This document shows, one piece after another, positions 1-10,392 of a stretch of DNA of 20,213 nucleotides. Numbering within the stretch: the stretch's first letter is position 1; each line of letters starts with the position of its first letter. The stretch is from Paraspadella gotoi. Taxonomy: Eukaryota > Animalia > Chaetognatha. A model generated the notes under the pieces. It ran no database searches and was not told the DNA's origin. It saw only the letters and a list, made by a program, of their open reading frames with translations. Made by a program: the position numbers and the translations under genes. The stretch spans positions 1-20,213 of the forward strand of contig JBJCIZ010001011.1 of the NCBI GenBank assembly GCA_051294375.1, read 5' to 3'.

Positions 1-1522
1 GACCTCTTTTATCGTCAAAATTCCAGGATCTCTTGGACCGTCCGGGTTGTTCACTGGCCATGCCAGGCCGAGGTCTCGGGCCAGGGGTTTAGCCCTGGGC
101 CCAGTCACAATCTCTGGCTGAGTTGCACAGAGGAGCTGTCTTCTTCTCTTTGCTCTTTTATCCTTTGCTGCTCTGAAGGGGAGGAGCGCTATGTAGACCC
201 CTTCTTGTGGTGGGATTCGTAGTTGGTTCTCCAATTCTTTTGCTGTATATATAACCATCCTTTTGGTGCCCTGGATGAGGGCCAGTGTGGTTTTTATGAA
301 GGCATGGATTGCCTCCTTTCTTGCCTTTGCTGCTCCTCTGAATCTTTGGATAATAATCGTACTGCTCTTGGTGTGAGCTAGAACCATGACGACCCCGCCT
401 CCAGGGAGTGGGGTGGCACGTCCTATTATTGCGTCTGGTCCTGTTTTTCTCCAGACCACCTGTGGTGGCCACCCTCTCGGGGGGATCCCCGAGGCCTTTT
501 CCAGGTCCATGACGTAAGCATGCAGTTGCTGGCTCTTGAGAGCCGTGCGCGCGCTTTTCGTTGTCACCGATGCCTCAAAGGCGAAAGCTTCCATTTCTTG
601 AATCACAACTGCATCTACTCTCTTGTCCGTAGGTTTTGCTCCTACTCTTCGGTGTAGGAGGGGCCAGTCTTTTATTCTTTGCAGATTTGTAGAACTGGGA
701 ACTTCAATGAATGTTCTTGGAAAACTCCTCTTTTCTGCATTCTTTTCCGCAAATGAGTCCGCGTAAGTCCTGGCCAACTCATCATGTCTCTTGACTACTA
801 AACTTCTTGTTGCTGGGCAGACACCCCCTTTGCTCGGGGGACCTGCATAGACATGGTTTAGGACCGATATTGCTGGGGTTCTTTCTCCGCATGCATTGCA
901 TTCCTTTTTCCAAGGTTGGTGGGGCTTACCCCTGTCGACACTTGCTTTCCTGTATTTGCCTACTATCGTTTGGTTCTTTGTTCCTGCCACCAGTATCAGC
1001 TTAGCCTCTAGTAGGTCGTGGATTCTTCTGGGTGTTTTTAGGGTCTTGTCTCCTAAACACGTTTTTCCTTGCTTGGCATTTTCCACCATTGTTGAATTCA
1101 TAGTCGCTGGAGAATGGTGTGCCGCGCTCTTGTTGTCAGGATCAACTTCTCGGAGTCTCTTTTTGGCTGCTTTTATTGCATCAGGTATTGCGGTCACCCT
1201 GCGGGGCTTTTTTCCTTCAAAGATTATTGCTCCTTCCTCAGCACGCGCTCCCACTGTAGCTAGGCAGGATAGGACTCTGTTGTATTGAGAGTCTGCCGCC
1301 CTCGCTCTTATCTTTGGTAGTGTGATAGGTCCTGTTCCTTAGGATAGAGAGGGGGATCACCCGCCTCATGCTCCTGTACTCTACCGCTGGGTAGGTTGAT
1401 TTCTCTGGACACTTTACTTCTTCAATGATGCGGCTCCGCCAGTTCTTTGCCGCGGCGACTTCCAATGCGTAGCAAATGAAATCATCTTTTAGCATTTTCC
1501 CTAGGGGGCTATCCTGTCCCTT
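1..1522 (-). mobile_element. RLE-type (R2-group) non-LTR retrotransposon, C-terminal part of its ORF; cut at ~1522 and running off the window at 1
   Basis: My translation of the minus frame 1338->1 gives 446 codons with no stop. It contains CNACGERTPAISVLNHVYAGPPSKGGVC (CCHC knuckle, 900-817), RHD (789-781), KRVDAVVI (from 624), FEASVT (579-562) and LK (540-535), matching the CCHC-RHD-(P)D..(D/E)..K order of RLE elements. The upstream part appears to continue in the frame of the 1238..1585 ORF after a frameshift near 1320-1340. Confidence 0.75.
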
Positions 1523-2778
1523 AGCTGAGGGTGATGGAGGTGATGCTGGAGATAATGGAGGTGGAGCTAGGGATGAAGGAAGCAATGCTGGTGCTGATGG
1601 GGGTTATGCTGGTGGTGATGTAGCAGCTGAAGCTGGTGCAGAGGAGCCGAAGGAGTGTGACAGGAGTGGAAGTAGTGGTGGAAGTGGAGCCAGTAAGAAG
1701 AAGAAAAGGAAGAACCAAAATCCCCCGCAGCAGACGCAGCAGATAATTCAAGGGATATCCCAGGAAGCCCAACAACTCCTGCAGCAACCAATACTGTCTA
1801 CACCTTCGCAGATGAATCTTACGGACCCTGATGATTTCTCGCCATCTATCAACGAACCGTGGCCTCCCTTTTCAGAACCTTTGCCGCAACGTACACGTTC
1901 ATCTGTGGTTCTGACACCATCACGACTCTGCAATATTTCTTTGGCGCCTCCTATCCCTCTAGGTTCGCAATCCCTTTTTTCACAATCTCAACCTTTGACA
2001 TCAGTATCCATTATTCCTCCGACGCCAGTGGGTTTTCAAAGACGGACTTTTATGCGCGGTGCCACGGGTGCGAGGGACCGCTCCAAGGATCGTGCTCCGG
2101 CGGGAAGAGGACACAGCAAAGGTGCTGATTAATATTATAATTGAATTTTTATTGATACTTCATTATTATTGGTTTTACTTTTCGACCTAGCTATATAATA
2201 TACACATATATGTATAAGAAGTAAAAAATATTAATATTAATAATGGCAGTTAATACAGATAATGCTGATTCAGGAGAGAGGGCTAGCTATAGGGTTGCGA
2301 CCTGGAATAGTAGTGGATTGACTGCTAGTACTGGTCAGAGAAAGGGAGACTGGTTGCTTGGATTACTTAATGCTGACAGAAGATTAGGAGTCTTGGGGAT
2401 TCAAGAGACACATTGTAAGGACGATGCTAACTTGTGTCAGGCTGTCCATGATATGAGACTAAGGTACTCAGTCTTTCATAGTCCGGCTGTTGGTGGGGAT
2501 GATTATGCTGGTATATTATGTATTGTTTCAGAAGATTGGGATGTTTTGGACAGAGTTGTAAGTTTGCCTGGTAGGATTATGTCAGTTAAGTTAAAAAGTG
2601 TGATTTTTAAAACTGTGGTTAATTTTATTGTGGTTTATGGAAGGAGTGATTGTTCCAGTAGTAGTACATGGTTAAGTAAATAGAGGGATGTGATTGATAA
2701 TTCTTGTGATAATGTTATTTTAAGTGATTTTAATTTTGTTGAAGAAAATAGAGATAGAAGTGCTTTGACTATAACACC
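1523..2778 (+). pseudogene. Doubly truncated copy of the L1/Tx1 element (ORF1 C-terminus, inter-ORF spacer, N-terminal APE domain)
   Basis: Colinear with ~15992-17276. The ORF1 tail ends GRGHSKGAD* at 2132 and ORF2 starts at 2243 (ATWNSSG, IQETH). It has a premature TAG at 2681-2683 (TTG in the long copy) and SDFN in place of GDFN. Homology stops at ataacacc (2778). Confidence 0.93.
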
Positions 2779-2784
2779 AAAGAC

Positions 2785-3830
2785 AAAGACAATGACCTTA
2801 TGACTAAAATGACCCAAAATGATATAACGACATACAACGACATACAATGACATGTCACAAAGACGTGATGAATAAAGGAACAAACATGACTTAAATGACG
2901 TAAATAACATAAAATGACCAAACATGATTAAAATTACATAATGACACAACATAATAAAATGACATAAAGGGACCAAATGTAACTATCACGACATATTTGA
3001 CGTAAAATGACATAAAAACAATGACCTTATGACTAAAATGATTCAAATTGATATAACAACATACAATGACATGACACAATGACGTGATGAATAAAGGACC
3101 AAACATGACTTAAATGACGTAAATGACATAAAATGATTAAAATTACATAATGACACAACATGATAAAATAACATAAAGGGACCAAATGTAACTATCACGA
3201 CATTAATGACGTAAAATGACATAAAAGACAATGACCTTTTGACTGAAATGACCAAAATAATATAACGTCATACAATGACATGACACAATGAAGTAATGAA
3301 TAAAGGACCAAACTTAACTTAAATGACGTAAAAGACATAAAATGGACAAACATGATTAAAATTACATAATGACACCACACAATAAAATGACATAAAGGGA
3401 CCAAATGTAACTATCACGACATAATTAACATAAAATGGATAATGACTGATCAAACTAGCGCAACTAAAATGACATGTAATGGTATAGAACGATAAAATGA
3501 CAAAAGGATCAAATTAAAATGACATAAATGACTTAAATTGACTTAATAGCATAATGACACGATGATATAATTACAAAAGGACTGGGCGCGTCTAAAATGA
3601 CAAAATGGTATAAAATGATACAATTTTAAAAAAAAGCATATTGACATAATTACTCAAGTGACCAAATGTGGTTAAAATAACATAAATCGAGTGACCAAAT
3701 GTGTAAAAAAATGACATAAAATGACATAATCTGACTAATGTGACTAAACATGACCAAATGTGACTAAAATGACATAAGATGACATAATGTGACCAAATGT
3801 TACTAAAATGACATAAAATGACATAATTCA
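2785..3830 (+). repeat. AT-rich satellite of AAAATGAC(A/C)-type ~10-bp motifs with a ~210-220-bp higher-order unit
   Basis: Dense aaaatgac/atgacat motifs. The landmark gggaccaaatgtaactatcacgaca recurs at 2969, 3178 and 3397. Confidence 0.9.
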
Positions 3831-4435
3831 TTATTTAGTTTACTTAATACAACTGTTTCTCTAAGCATTGATTAAGCTTTAAAAACCATGTAAAAATTTT
3901 GAAAAAAGGCACACCAGCATTTATCTATGTCTCAGATTGCTTTTCTCCTCACAAAGAGACTTTTAGGAGCAAGTCACTCATCATTGACTTAATAGGCTGA
4001 TGTGAACTGGGAGGATCCCAATCGCACAATGAGAAAAATTTCAAGTTCAAAATGGTACCCCGCTCGAATTGAGCAATTGTATCGTCTTTCTAAGTTTCAA
4101 CGTTTTTAAAGTCAAAATATGTACAGTTAATACTTTATTTTGTGTACAATACAATTTTTTGTACAATAGTTATGTTTAAATAACCTTGTGTTTTTAATTT
4201 TATTGTAATAATGAGTTTGGAAAAGCCAGATATGTCAGAAAAAGTGAGGATTTTAATGATGCTAATTTCATGAGTGTACTCTGCCTCAGAAAGCAAAAGA
4301 AAGAGAGAATAAGAGAGAGAGAGAGAAAGAGAGACTGATAGAAAGAGGAGCTTTTGTTTACACTGTTTAACATTTTTATAACATTTATAATTTTTTATCG
4401 TTTTTATAACGTTTTTAAAAGTTATGTTTGGATCC

Positions 4436-6751
4436 TAAGTTGTAGTTCATTCAAATAGCGATGTCGCCGGCGATTCACGCACGAGTTGCAGGTGTGGTTC
4501 TAGTTGGTTGGCGACTTTCGCCATGGCGATATCGCCAGGGCTTTGCGATGTCGCCAGTCCCCCACTGGCGACCTCGCCAGTGATAAAAGTAGCGAATATA
4601 ATGAAAAGCGCAGCTAACACGGGGATGAGCATCACCTTCAGGCTCCTCTCCAACCCTAACCCTAAAACCAAACCTCCCGTTCAACTCTGTGCCTCTACCC
4701 TAACCTAAACCCGGCCTGGCCTCCGTACATCTCCATGCCTCAACCCTAACCGCCTTTGATGCATCAACCATGCGGCCCTCCCCAACCCCTAACCCTAAAC
4801 CAAGCCTTCCGTTCAACTCTGTGCCTCTCCCCTAACCCTAACCAGGCTCAGCCTCCCGTACATCTCCGTGCCTCACCCTAACCTAACCGCCTTCGATGCA
4901 TCAACCACGGCCCTCCCCAACCCTAACCCTAAACTAAGCCTCCCGTTCAACTCCATGCTCTCCCCTAACCCTAACTCAGGCCAGCCTCCCGTACATCTCC
5001 GTGCCTCAACCCTAACCCTAACCGCCTTCGATGCATCAACCATGGGTCCTCCCGCAACCCTAACCCTAACCAAGCCTCCCGTTCAACTCCATGCTCTCCT
5101 CTAACCCTAAACCAGGCCCGGCCTCCGTACATCTCCGTACCTCAACCCTAACCCTAATTGCCTTCGATATATAACCACGGGCCTCTCTCCAACCCTAACC
5201 CTAAACCGGCCCAGGCTCCCGTACATTCTCCGTACCTCAACCCTAACCCTAATTGCCTTCGATATATAACCACGGCCTCTCTCCCAACCCTAAACCCTAA
5301 ACGGCCCAGGCCTCCCGTACATCTCCGTGCCTCAACCCTAACCTAACGCGGGCCTCTTGGTCATCAACAACACCCTCCCTACCCCTATCCCTAAAATTGA
5401 CATTAATAATAAGCTATAAACTTAACTTAACTCACCCTGACCTACCTAAACTCTCAACCTAACCCTAACTACTCAACCTACCTAACTACTCCTACTCAAC
5501 CCTACCTAAACCACTCAATCCTAACCTAACTAATCTGAGTTTATTTTAGGCGAAATCGCCATAACTAGAACGCTAGATGTAGTTCATGCGAATCGCAAAT
5601 CGCGACTTAGCCATGAGCCTCGCATTTGGCGGTTTAGCTGTGAACTACATCTAGCGTTCTAGTTATGGCGATTTCGCCTAAAATAAACTCAGATTAGGGT
5701 TAGGGTTAGGATTGAGTTGGTTTAGGGTTAGGGTTGAGTAGGTAGTAGTTACGGTTAGGTTGAGTAGTTTAGGTTAGGGTTGAGTAGTTTAGGGTTAGGT
5801 CAGGGTTGAGTTAAGTTAAGTTTATTTTAGGCTTATTATTAATGTCAATTTTAGGATAGGGTAGGGAGGGTGTTGTTGATGACCAAGAGGCCCGCGTTAG
5901 GGTTAGGGTTGAGGCACGGAGATGTACGGGAGGCCTGGGCCGTTTAGGTTAGGGTTGGGAGAGAGCCTGTGGTTATATATCGAAGGCAATTAGGGTTAGG
6001 GTTGAGGTACGGAGATGTACGGGAGGCCTGGGCCCGGTTTAGGATTAGGGTTGGAGAGAGGCCCGTGGTTATATATCGAAGGCAATTAGGGTTAGGGTTG
6101 AGGTACGGAGATGTACGGGAGGCCGGCTGGTTAGGGTTAGAGGAGAGGCATGGAGTTGAACGAGAGCTTGGTTTAGGGTTAGGGTTGCGGGAGGGACCCA
6201 TGGTTGATGCATCGAAGCGCGTTAGGGTTAGGGTTGAGGCACGGAGATGTACGGGAGGCTGGGCCTGAGTTAGGTTAGGGAGAAGGCATGGAGTTGAACG
6301 GGAGGCTTAGTTTAGGTTAGGGTTGGGGAGGGCCGTGGTTGATGCATCGAAGGCGGTTAGGGTTAGGGTTGAGGCACGGAGATGTACGGGAGGCTGAGCC
6401 TGGTTAGGGTTAGGGAGAGCACAGAGTTGAACGGAAGGCTTGGTTTAGGTTAGGGTTGGGGGCAGGGGCCCGTGGTTGATGCATCAAAGCGGTTAGGTTA
6501 GGGTTGAGCATGGAGATGTAACGGGAGGCCCAGGCCCGGCGTTAGGGTTAGGGGAGAGGCACAGAGTTGAACGGGAGGTTTGGTTTAGGTTAGGTTGGAG
6601 AGGAGCCTGAAGGTGATGCTCATACCCGTGTTAGCTGCGCTTTTCATTATATTCGCTACTTTTATCACTGGCGAGGTCGCCAGTGGGGACTGGCGACATC
6701 GCCAAAGCCCTGGCGATATCGCCATGGCGAAGTCGCCAACCAACTAGAACC
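4436..6751. mobile_element. Foldback/palindromic insertion with (CCCTAA)/(TTAGGG)-punctuated tandem repeats; probable non-autonomous DNA element
   Basis: 4496-5586 is the reverse complement of 5641-6751, with a 54-bp spacer (5587-5640). The innermost 56 bp (5531-5586 / 5641-5696) match perfectly. The block is absent from the paralogous site in the right arm. The ORFs here translate as repeats. Confidence 0.75.
4650..5345 (+). repeat. Minisatellite of ~45-bp monomers, each ~2 CCCTAA hexamers plus a ~30-bp GC-rich core; mirrored at ~5897-6600
   Basis: Cores gcctcccgtacatctccgtgcctc, gccttcgatgcatcaaccatgg and gcctcccgttcaactc alternate between aaccctaaccctaa blocks, giving periods of ~133 bp and then ~95 bp. 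Confidence 0.88.
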
Positions 6752-7046
6752 AGTCTTTTAACGCTGTTATTGATACCATTGCTGTTTTTTGTCTTCAATT
6801 TTGTTAATATAGTTTTTGTTATTAATAACAAGTTTGATCAAACAATGTCGGATCTGCCCACGATCTTTATCGGTAATTAATTAATTATAATATAAATTAT
6901 TAAAGTTAATTAATTATGTAGCAATTAATTAATTAATTTGATCCCAAATGTTTGTTTTAGGTCTTTTCGTCTACTAACAACGACAAAAGCAATGACGACG
7001 ATGAGAATAATGCCGATAACGATTGACTTGATTCATTGACTGATTA

Positions 7047-7278
7047 TTGTATGGTGGACTAAATCCACCAACCGTTCATCACGCCATTGGTGCCGGAGGC
7101 AAGTCATTCGCCTCCCAACCCAAAGGTCCGGGGTTCTAGCCGGTGGTCGTCTGGCAGTTAAGAGGGACGGGGCGCTTAACCCCTGTAACATGGGTGTTAC
7201 AGCCTGATCCGAAGCTCAGGGACTGCTTATATTGAACGGTTCTGTCATTAACACTTATCAATATATTACTGTCTCTTC
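7047..7278 (+). mobile_element. tRNA-derived SINE, family A, copy 1, with twister-like motif at 7153-7227
   Basis: Absent from the paralogous site at ~11075-11085. It has A-box-like tggtgccggagg and B-box-like ggttctagcc, and is closely similar to 9939-10165. Confidence 0.8.
7153..7227 (+). ncRNA. Twister-like ribozyme motif (type P5), degenerate copy lacking the GC/GU of pseudoknot T2
   Basis: gcagtt..GA-CGG-ggcgct-TAA-ccc-c-[tgtaaca/tgttaca]-g-cctga-TCCGAAGC-tcagg-gactgc; CGG pairs with loop CCG. Confidence 0.6.
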
Positions 7279-7672
7279 AATTGATTATTTATTAATTAAT
7301 TGACAAATTGATTAATTATTTGATTAATTAATACATCCTGCATGTACATTTGATATAAAAGGAAAGGAAGCATAATCAATTAGTGAAACAGGTTTTTTGT
7401 TTTTTTCCATTTAAACTCATTTCCATTAAGACGATTCCATCGAACTTGATTTCCAGCTTTATCACACACTTTCCTAGCACATACCAAATTCAAGGTCAAT
7501 CGCCCCATCCACTCATGAGCAATTGTGGTCAAAAAGTGAAATATATTTTTTTGTTTTTACCATTTAAACTCATTTCTAGTCGGACGATTCCATCGAAACT
7601 TCATATCCAGCCTAATCACACACTTCCCTACCTGTATATATATATATATATACCCACACACAAAATTTCACA

Positions 7673-8029
7673 AAAATTCTACTATTCACCTTATTATAAA
7701 ATGTCTTAACCCATCTTCTTATGTTCTCCCCAAAGCCATATTTTTCCAATGCCTTAAAAACAAAACTATGCTCAACCCTATCAAAACATTTTTCAAGATC
7801 TAGAAATATTAAAGCTCCCTCTTTATTTTTCAATTCACCGTACTGCACAACGTCCTGTATAACATGTAAAACATCACTAATTTTTCTCCCTGGTAGACCA
7901 GCTTGATCTTCATGTATTAAATCCGGTAATACCGAGACTAATCGTGCATTTATACAGCCACTAAGCATTTTATAATCAACATTAACCAAACTAACAGGTC
8001 TATAATTCTTTACATTATCTCTATCACCT
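7673..8029 (-). pseudogene. L1/Tx1 RT-domain fragment
   Basis: Reverse complement of ~18354-18709. It encodes NYRPVSLVNVDYK...LDLEKCFDRV...KTFYNKVNSRI and keeps the frame intact where the long copy is frameshifted. Confidence 0.93.
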
Positions 8030-8086
8030 CTATCACAAGGCTCTTAAATGTAAAGCTGTTCTAGTTGCAGCTATAAATTACAAACT

Positions 8087-8186
8087 NNNNNNNNNNNNNN
8101 NNNNNNNNNNNNNNNNNNNNNNNNNNNNNNNNNNNNNNNNNNNNNNNNNNNNNNNNNNNNNNNNNNNNNNNNNNNNNNNNNNNNNN
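8087..8186. other. Scaffold gap (100 N)
   Basis: Run of exactly 100 N. The true size, and the relative orientation of the two sides, cannot be verified here. Confidence 0.97.
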
Positions 8187-8265
8187 ACAGCCTGATCCGA
8201 AGCTCAGCGACTGCTTATATTGAATGGCTCTGTCACTAACGCATAACAATTATCACTGTTTCTTC
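8187..8265 (+). mobile_element. 3' half of SINE family A (copy 3), cut by the gap
   Basis: acagcctgatccgaagctcagcgactgcttatattgaa...actgtttcttc matches 7199-7278. Confidence 0.8.
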
Positions 8266-8266
8266 T

Positions 8267-8574
8267 AGAGAAAATATAAATTAAAAATTTTCATGAAATT
8301 TGCATCACTTTTTTAGTCATTTTTCCCCGACAAAAAAAGAATGAGTGAAAAAATAAGTGGGGTTAATCCGGGACTCTGGTTAAAAAATGAAAGAACTAAT
8401 AGGAAGGTGGGCTATGCGCGATTCTTTTGGGGAGGTCACTATGAAAATATGTGAGGGAAAGGGGCATAGGCCCCAGCTTAGGTGAAAAAGTAGGCCACAG
8501 GATCCCAAGCCTCAAGAGCATATAAAGAAAAAAAATTTTCCCTCTCAACCAAAGCTTCAGCATTTCTAAAGCTT
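8267..8574 (+). repeat. Unclassified ~310-bp dispersed repeat (direct copy at 13796-14104)
   Basis: Shares long identical blocks such as aaggtgggctatgcgcgattcttttggggaggtcactatgaaaatatgtgagggaaaggggcatag with 13796-14104. The downstream flank 8581-8633 also occurs inverted at 8034-8086. Confidence 0.88.
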
Positions 8575-8699
8575 GTTTAAAGTTTGTAATTTATAGCTGC
8601 AACTAGGACAGCTTTACATTTAACAGCCTTGTGCCTTAAAAAGTTTAAATTAAAATATAAAATGGACATATTTAAAACGCCATATATGTGTGGATAAAG

Positions 8700-8916
8700 C
8701 GCTAAGTGGGTTGAAGATGACTATCCGTAACTTCTATAACCCCCTTTAGTAGCTATTGAACGGGTCCTGGGCTTGGAACCAGGCTTGAGGGCTCGCCACA
8801 CCCCCAAGGCGGCTTACGGCCGTCCTCACGCTTCCCGCAGGGTAGGTACCGGGTTGGGATTGAACCCGGTACCTAGTGGTCATGAGCTGATGGCTTTACT
8901 CAATGAGCCACCGGGT
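8700..8916 (-). mobile_element. tRNA-derived SINE, family B, with twister-like motif at 8760-8838
   Basis: Minus strand: tggctcattgag (A-box-like), ctcatga (Met-like anticodon loop), ggttcaatccc (B-box), then a GC-rich body. The 3' boundary is approximate and there is only one copy in the window. Confidence 0.7.
8760..8838 (-). ncRNA. Twister ribozyme candidate (type P5), best-preserved copy
   Basis: gcggg-aa-gcgt-GA-GGA-cggccg-TAA-gcc-GC-c-[ttgggggt/gccctcaa]-g-cctgg-TTCCAAGC-ccagg-a-cccgt. T1 is GGA:UCC and T2 is GC:GC; P3, P4 and P5 pair. Predicted cut U8816/A8815. Confidence 0.72.
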
Positions 8917-9938
8917 GAGGACTGAAGGTGTCATGCTTATAAGCGGGGTGAACCTAGGCAATGCCAAACTACATATGTAAGCCAAAACATGTCCGTTTTC
9001 TTCTTTAGAAATTCATTTTCAAACTTTCATTAATCCTAATACACAACGAAAAGAAAGCTTTAAACCATAAAGAAATATATATAATGTAATATAGCCTGAC
9101 TGACATTATTGTAGACAAAGAGTTTGAAAGAAACCTCTTTCTTTCTCTCTCTCTCTCATGATGAATGCCTAAATTTGTAGACTTATATGTAATGAAGTAG
9201 CTTTTTATGGCCTATTGTTTTATTTTGAGCCTAAAGCCCCATTGAATAAATTCAAATTCAAAAAATTCTCTCTAGCAATACATTCATCTCGAACTTTAAG
9301 ATCGTAACCCTGCCAAATCCTTCCTCGTTATGTTATGTATTCTTTATATTTGTTTTGATTTCTTAATATATCCATTCATTTCAATGTCGATTAAACGAAA
9401 TGACCTACGAGCGAGCATATTTTTGGTTTTGGGTATGCTACAATTGTTACCTGCAGCATCTTTATAAATGGCCCTAATCGACTTGGGCTTGAGCGCACGG
9501 TTTCCCGACTTAGAATAGTAATTATTCCTATTCTTAATAGCCGTCTTAATAATATAACATACTGCTAGGGAACATAAAATATTTAATAATGGTTTCAAGC
9601 TCTAAACCGCGGAAGAGCAAATTCGACCAATGTTGCCTTCTTTTTAGTAGAGCAGCGTATTGTAAGAACATGAGAAAAATAAAACATATATCAGAAAGAT
9701 TTTTTTTTCTATAAAAAATAACGTTCAAGAACGTTCAAGGATTAAATGTCAAAATCATAAAAACCAGAAACAGCAGAAAGCCGAAAAAAATCAAGTATAA
9801 AAAGTAAGCAATGTTAATTAAACGTTTAAGAATAATGCAACGTTAATAAAACTCTCAAAGATAATGCGTAAAAAACAAAAACAAAAAATATGAAAACCAA
9901 AACAAAAACAAAAAATATAAAGCATAATGCAACCTTAA

Positions 9939-10165
9939 TAAATCCACCAACCGTTCATCAGCGGCCATTGGTGCCAGATGCATGTCATTCGCCTCCCAAC
10001 CCAAAGGTCCGGGGTTTTAGCCCGGTGGTCGCCTAGCAGTTAAGAGGGACGGGGCGCTTAACCCGTCTGTAACACGGTGTTACAACCTGAATCGAAGCTC
10101 AGGGACTGTTTTTATTGAACGGTTCTGTCACTAACACATAAGACATAAAACATAACTGTCTCTTC
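9939..10165 (+). mobile_element. tRNA-derived SINE, family A, copy 2 (Gly-CCC-like head 9961-10032)
   Basis: Acceptor-like gcggcca/tggtcgc, tcgcctcccaa resembling the tRNA-Gly(CCC) anticodon region, and a degenerate B-box. The body matches 7047-7278. Confidence 0.8.
10035..10110 (+). ncRNA. Twister-like ribozyme motif (type P5), mildly degenerate
   Basis: agcagtt-aagagg-GA-CGG-ggcgct-TAA-ccc-GT-c-[tgtaaca/tgttaca]-a-cctga-ATCGAAGC-tcagg-gactgtt. Predicted cut 10059/10060. Confidence 0.62.
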
Positions 10166-10392
10166 ATAACATTAATAAACGTTAATAGTCAACAGTTTTT
10201 AGTCGGATCTGCTTATCAGCAGATCCCGACTCTATAATTCACTTTGTCGGTCCGTCGGTCCGCCCCCTCAATATTGTCGGGCACACACTTATATCATGTT
10301 AGAACATTGAATTATGATAAATTATGCAAGAAAAATGATGTCTTCTGATGGTCCTATCACCACAGATGGATTAAAGCGGTTTCTTTCGCAGC

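Larger units (their letters stand above)
2785..7670. repeat. Left arm of a large inverted duplication (partner 10684-13066), with two extra insertions (4436-6750, 7047-7278)
   Basis: 2785-4435, 6751-7046 and 7279-7670 read as the reverse complement of 13066->10684. The empty sites are visible in the right arm at ~11375-11390 and ~11070-11085. Confidence 0.92.
6826..7670 (-). mobile_element. 3' part of the Helentron/HINE-like element (inverted copy of 10684-11305)
   Basis: Reverse complement of the 3' hairpin gtttgatcaaac (6832-6843), the subterminal repeat gtcggatctgc (6847-6857) and the two internal tandem units. Confidence 0.7.

Noticed and set aside
896-1288. Plus-strand hydrophobic 130-aa ORF and other short ORFs in 158-1288
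   Set aside because: They are antisense or alternate-frame shadows of the minus-strand RLE reading frame.
2635-3831. Hydrophobic C/H/F/M-rich ORFs here and at 12593-12995
   Set aside because: They are translations of the GTCATTTT satellite.
5400-5830. Telomere-telomere fusion site or true telomere
   Set aside because: The polarity is CCCTAA then TTAGGG, opposite to a fusion. The repeats are short and interrupted, and the block is an insertion with a visible empty site.
4650-6600. CRISPR-like repeat/spacer appearance
   Set aside because: The 'spacers' are repeated, mutually related cores, the constant part is the telomere hexamer, and the context is eukaryotic with no cas genes.
7200-7225. 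Hammerhead ribozyme (ctga...gaa)
   Set aside because: It lacks the CUGANGA and GAAA cores. The same bases fit twister P4/L4 with covariation.
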